Source of the DNA: Felis catus | Lineage: Eukaryota | DNA: 64,000 nucleotides | Assembly (NCBI RefSeq): GCF_018350175.1 | Contig: NC_058368.1 | Span: forward strand, 143,284,001 to 143,348,000 | Direction: 5' to 3' | Part shown: positions 58,699-64,000 of the stretch, piece by piece | How positions within the stretch are numbered: position 1 is the stretch's first letter | Layout: every line of letters starts with the position of its first letter | Program-made: the position numbers and the translations under genes | Notes under the pieces: model-generated | The model's input: only the letters and a program-made list of their open reading frames with translations | Told to the model about the DNA's origin: nothing | Databases searched by the model: none

Positions 58699-61199
58699 GG
58701 GACATGAAGAACAGACCAAAAAAATTATTTAATTAAAAAAATCAGGTTACAGAACAAGATGTGATTCCATTTTAATGTAAGGAATAAACTTCACAAATTA
58801 CTATGTCTGTGCATATAAAATGGTGTCGGAGATCATGTAACACACGTTAACACTGATAATCCTTGGTTGCAGACAGTTGGGAGCAGGAAAAAAAACACAC
58901 ACATGAATTCCAACTTAGGTTGTTTACATTTTTATAATGGTTATATGTTACTTTATACCTAAATGTTTTAGGCTGAGTTATTCACACTTTTTAAAAGTTA
59001 TTCAGCCTCTTAAGTATTGAATTTTTGTTATGTGTGTGTTCAGCACTCTGCCAGCCGTTAAAGAACTCACAAGGAAGCTCTCTTGAGGAAGTTTGCGTCT
59101 GGTTGGAGAGAAAAGCAGAACTTGGAAAATGATACCAGACAGTTTTTATACTTCACTGCTGGGGGAATGACCAATTAGTGTGCCAGGCAGATACCTTTTG
59201 GGAAGAGTCATACAGATTTCATTCTCTGTTGGAGCTTTTGTACAAGGAAGGTGGTCTTGTGTCCCAAATTTCCCTGCAATGGGATATTTGCAGCTTTGAG
59301 TATCACTAAAAATCATGAATTGCTCAGTATCACTTGGGTTAACTAAACTGGAGTAATGTGTCCTTTATTCATCTATTACGGACAGTTCTCAAAAGTGACT
59401 TTGATTGGCTTTTCAGCATCAACAGAAACTGGGCTGCTGAAACTGGGTGACGTCGCCTCAGGCACCCAGTGTCCCTTATACGTAGCCCAGAGAAGGTCAT
59501 TTCTGGCTTGTGAAGCAGTTCTCAGTCCAAGCCAAACCAAACTGTAATGGCCAAGGTATCTGGGTTCATTTTACTGACGAAGCATGCTCTTTGAGCCACA
59601 GAGCTTATATTTAAAAGAGCTGATTGGTGCCGCTTTTCCTCATGGCAAATTATGGACACCTACAGCTGTGTAGTATACAAGTTAACAGTGAAAATAGCAG
59701 AGGTAAAGGAAAAGCCTCTTTGATGATAGCCAGGTTCAAAAAAAATGAAAGAGAAGTCGGCATCTCTTAGCTAGTTTTCTTGGGTAGGGCTGCTTTATGT
59801 AGTTGAATAGGTTGTATCTGCTTTGGAATGTTCACTGGGGGAGAAAATCAGGCTGAGTTCTGCTCACCAAACATGGTGCAGTGCTGGCTATGTGGCCCTG
59901 GCACGTATGTGAGAAGGTTCGTGGGAGAAGAACGCCTTTTTTCAAGTAGCATAAAAGCACCTTGTGGGCCAGCAATGATCCTATCCTTGGGATAATATCG
60001 GCTTGTAAACCCTAGCAAACTGTAGAATCAGAACTAAGGGCTATGCTGAAAGATTTGGAGGAAATGGAACTCAGCAGAAAACTCAACTAAATGTTTCCAA
60101 CTTGAGCCTGGTACATAGTTCATATTTAATAAATATTTGTTAAATGAATAAATAGTGCTGGGGATAGAGTAGGGAGAAAAACAGACAAAATCTTTGAGCT
60201 TGTGTATTGAATTAAAGTAAGATGCAGTACTTACTATACTGCATGATACCATTTACATAAAGACCACAATTAATAGTTAACTGAGAGGAGTATTCAAGAA
60301 TTATTAAGGATGATAAATCAGGGGGACTTTTCAGTTCATATTGTTGAAAGTTTTTACATTAAGAATATGTTCATGAATTGCTGCTTAATTTAAATTAAAA
60401 AAATTTAAGCACAAGAAAGCCAAGAAATAGTGATAGACAGTGGATCACATGGGCCAGCTTCTCAATCTTTCTCAAAAAAAAAAAAAAAAAACGTTTATAA
60501 TATTCACTACATTATATAAATGAATTAATTTAACTTGTCTTCTATCAGATTCCCCTCAGAATTACTCCTTCTTAGCACAGTCATGCTATAACTTCCTTTG
60601 TATAATTCATTCTCCTTTCATTCTTGGGGTATGTATCTTGGCACTTTCAGAAACCTTCAAATTACAAATTTAATGATAGCTTTTTCTTTTTTTTTTTTCT
60701 TGATAAAACTTCTAGTTAGGAATCACTTTTAAATTAGGCTGTTTCTCTTTTTCTACAGTTCCAACACCAGCACTAAAAATTGACTTTCTGGTGGAGACCA
60801 TTTTCATAAAGAAATAATAATTGGAGAAAATTAATTCACAAGTGTCCCCATGTATATAAAGGTAAGGGGAGAACAATAAGATAAAAACTTCAGGGGTATT
60901 CAAAGAAATCTGGTAGTCTCATTCAGTCGCCAGCAATTCTGTAAAACTAGAATTTATGTGTATAAAATTCAAATTCTTTTTTTTAATAAAATTCAAATTC
61001 TTACCACAAAAGAATGACAAATAGTTTCAAGACCAAGTGTCTACTGAACAATTGATTATATTAGTAATATTTCAATTCAATAGGGTCTCTCTGAGATTAT
61101 GTTCAGATCACTTTAACTAGATTTTTGATGTTTGTAAAACTTTTAAATCTCACATTAATCAAACATTTCTTATGATGTATAATTTCTGGTTTAAAAAAT

Positions 61200-61830
61200 T
61201 TTTATGATTAGGCATAACATAGACGTAAAGTATAAATAACAACCATAACAATAATAAGTGAACACCCAGATATGCTCCACCCCACTTAAGAAATAGAATA
61301 TTATCACTCTATGTCCTACCTTCTGTCCCTGCACTATCTCATCCCTCTTCTTTCCTCCTCTTCCCCATGGCTATCTTCTATACTGAATTTTGTATTTATC
61401 ATTTCTTTGTTTTTCTTTACAGTTTTACTACATATGAATGTATTCTTAAGTAGCAGGTTGTTTAGCTTTGCATGTTTTTGAACTTTGTATGAGTGGAAGC
61501 ATATAATTCTTCTCTCCTGAAACATGTTCTTTTTTTCTTCAACATATAGGTTTTTGATGTTCATCTATGTTGACATATGTAACACTAATTTATTTTCACT
61601 GCTATATTGTATTCCATTTTATGAATAAACTGCAACTTATTGATTCAGTTGCTTGATATTTGAGTTACCAGTTTTCTATTTGAAAAAATGGCAGTGTTAG
61701 CATAATTAAACATAACTCTTGGGTAAGAATTTCTTTAGGGTATATATTCAGGAGAAGGATTCCTGGATTGTAAACATGTGCACATTCTAGTTTATTTGAA
61801 ATGTCGTAGTGTTTTTCAAAGTGGTTTTAA
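61200..61830 (-). mobile_element. Old L1 (L1M-type) remnant
   Basis: TGAACACCCA..AAGAAATAGAATATT, TGTATTCCATTTTATGAATA and GTTTTTCAAAGTGG motifs. Confidence 0.75.
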
Positions 61831-61897
61831 ACAAATGTTTTTTTTTTTATTATTGAAGTATAGTTGACATATATTAGTATATTAAAGTGGGTTTTTT

Positions 61898-61901
61898 AAA
61901 G

Positions 61902-61932
<31 letters not shown>

Positions 61933-62080
61933 AGAGAGAGCAAGCACAGGGGAGAGGCAGAGAGAGAGGGAGAGAGAGAATCCCAGGCAGGCTCCATGCT
62001 GCCAATGCAGAGCCCAACATGGGGCTCGATCCCAGGAACGGTGAGATCATGACCTGAACTGAGATCAAGAGTCGGATCTA
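61898..62080 (-). mobile_element. Can-SINE lacking its 5' head
   Basis: Tail, (GA)n and body to GAGTCGGAT; GGGG..GGTGGCTC head absent. Confidence 0.88.
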
Positions 62081-63561
62081 GGCACTTCGAAGTTTAGCCA
62101 TTCATTCTTAGTAAATAGTCAGAATTTAATCCTCATAAAAAGAAGCAGCTGCCATTGTAATATCCCCATGCAGGTAAGGAAATTTAGATGCAGAGGTGTT
62201 TAAGTAACTTGGCCAAGGATCTCATATGACTGGAAAGATGTAGCTAATATAAAGACAAAATACAGAGACAAATAGACTTTTTGTTTTTGAAGGATGCCAA
62301 GACTTTGAAGTTATTTTTCTTTTCTTATTTTATTTTCATCACATTTCTATTTTCTGTAAACCAAAAGCCACACTGCAAAGTCTTATTCTTAGATTTCTGG
62401 CAGCTTGGACATCTAGCCAGATGATTGGAATTTCAGTCATTTTTTTTTTTCCAAAGTACTTACTTGTAGGTGGCAGCGTTACTTGCAAACCCTACTTTGC
62501 ATTTTTTTCTGGGGAAGATTAGAAAAAGCCATCTGGTTAACATTACCCTGAAAAATTCTTCTCTGAGTGGAGCTTCCTAAGAAGAAATTTTAAGGGAAGA
62601 ATGTGGTATAAAGCTACGCAGAATACAAATAGAAACATTTAGAAACTGAAGCATTGCATTCTGATACTTATGAGAAGTATCTTTCCCTACAATAAATTCA
62701 CTTTTCTTCCAGCCCTTTTCTCCACTTTTCCTTTTGAGGAAATTTTTTTTTTGAATGAAACTTTGTTTCTTGACAACACTTTTGTAGCTCTTGTTGAGGT
62801 TTAATCTTGTTCACATACTGCTTGATTTTGAACTTTGGGCTCCTTTTCCATTAGCTGTCTTTTCTATTCATGTTTTTGTTACCACCATCCTCCACCTCCC
62901 TAATAGTCATTCTTGCCTCTCTGCCTAGAAGAGAATCTGGCAAATAATAGGTGCTCAGTAAATACTTGTTGATTAACTGAATGACTGCTTAAACGGAATG
63001 AACAAATGAACTAGTGAGTGAAGACCTTTCCAGGGAGGAAAGAAGCAAGATCAAAGAGAGAAAACTTGAAACAAATTGTAACTGATGGACTTTGTAAAGA
63101 AGGTTTGGTGATAATGACTTTATTCTTTTACATTCCCTAAAATCTGTTGACCCTGAGAAGGCTACATATCCATATAATTTCAGGACTCAGTTTAGAAAAA
63201 TCAAATGCTACTCTAAAAATGGCTATTGGATCAATTTAAAAAGTTAGTTTTTTGGTCTAATTAATTCATTTAATTACAGTTATCTTGTCCAGTTATTTGT
63301 CACCTACAACTAACAAGATGTTTTAGATCTTTAATGCCTAGTAAGTTACTCTTTCTTATCTTTTACTTTGAATCTCTTAGAATACCATTTTATATTGTAT
63401 GGTTCTTTAGTTTTCAAAGTAACAAAAGTTAAAGACGGTGACATTAATCTGGGCCATGTTAAATCATACCTGTTTAAAAAAACATTCATGATGATTAAAA
63501 CTGAGACATTGATTGGCATTTATTATAATTCTTATTTTTGTCTTCATAAAATTAACCTTTT

Positions 63562-63581
63562 GTTTATTTTTTTAAGTTTAT

Positions 63582-63630
<49 letters not shown>

Positions 63631-63787
63631 ACAGGAGGGACAGAGATAGAGGGAAAGAAAGAATCCCAAGTGGGCTCCATGCTTAGCATGGAGCCCAATG
63701 CAGGGCTTGATCCCACAACTGTAAGATCATGACATAAGCTGATATCAAGAGTCAGATGTTTAACCTACTTAGCCACCCAGGTGTCCC
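63562..63787 (-). mobile_element. Can-SINE with long (GA)n
   Basis: Degenerate TSD CATAAA.TTA.CCTTTT; full body. Confidence 0.92.
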
Positions 63788-64000
63788 ATAAAGTTAGCCT
63801 TTTAAACAACAACTTTCAGACTCATAGATTTCACTTATATTGTATCTTATGAATTAAAATTTTTTATTTCCTTAATACATTTCTGTATTTTCCAAAATTT
63901 ATCCAATAGACCTTCATTACTTTTATAATCATAGAAAGCAATAGATCCCATTAGTACCCTACCTCTCCAAATCAGCCACTTATCCCTCTGAGCAAATTGT

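Larger units (their letters stand above)
57980..58950 (+). mobile_element. Old L1 (L1M-type) remnant interrupted by two SINEs
   Basis: ACCCAGTAATTCCACATCTGGG, TACAAGGGTGTTCATTGCA and CAGCCATCTAAAACAATGAGGT motifs. Confidence 0.7.

Noticed and set aside
3562..63787. tRNA genes suggested by A-box/B-box motifs
   Set aside because: All occur as the heads of tRNA-derived Can-SINEs; no independent cloverleaf gene was seen.
1..64000. CRISPR array, operon or other prokaryotic-type system; processed pseudogene; full provirus
   Set aside because: The sequence is mammalian; direct repeats occur only in pairs (TSDs or duplications); no gag/pol/env or host-protein homology recognised.

Overview
Mammalian genomic DNA, most consistent with a felid/feliform carnivoran: about 40 tRNA-derived Can-SINEs with the (CT)n + AATAAA + A/T tail, plus carnivoran-type L1 3' ends. 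The one gene-related landmark is a CpG island at about 6400-8100 with promoter motifs. It most likely drives a minus-strand gene whose first exon lies in the island and whose first intron runs off the left end. I cannot name the gene. The remaining ~56 kb is repeat-rich, apparently intergenic sequence (Can-SINE, L1, L2, MIR, MaLR/ERVL/ERV LTRs, hAT-type MER elements) with candidate enhancers and a strong CTCF motif. No host protein-coding exon can be supported; the ORF track is explained by L1 ORF2 remnants, SINEs, GC-rich island sequence and chance. I found no convincing new biological system. The most distinctive signals are retrotransposition oddities visible in the sequence: a young solo ERV LTR with a 4-bp TSD, a SINE carrying a ~100-nt 3' extension with a perfect hairpin, a tailless SINE-head insertion, two poly(A)-only insertion scars and a twin-primed L1. 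There are also STAT/NF-kB/AP-1 motif clusters suggesting cytokine-responsive regulation. Repeat family names come from recalled consensus similarity, not a database search, and boundaries without TSDs are approximate.
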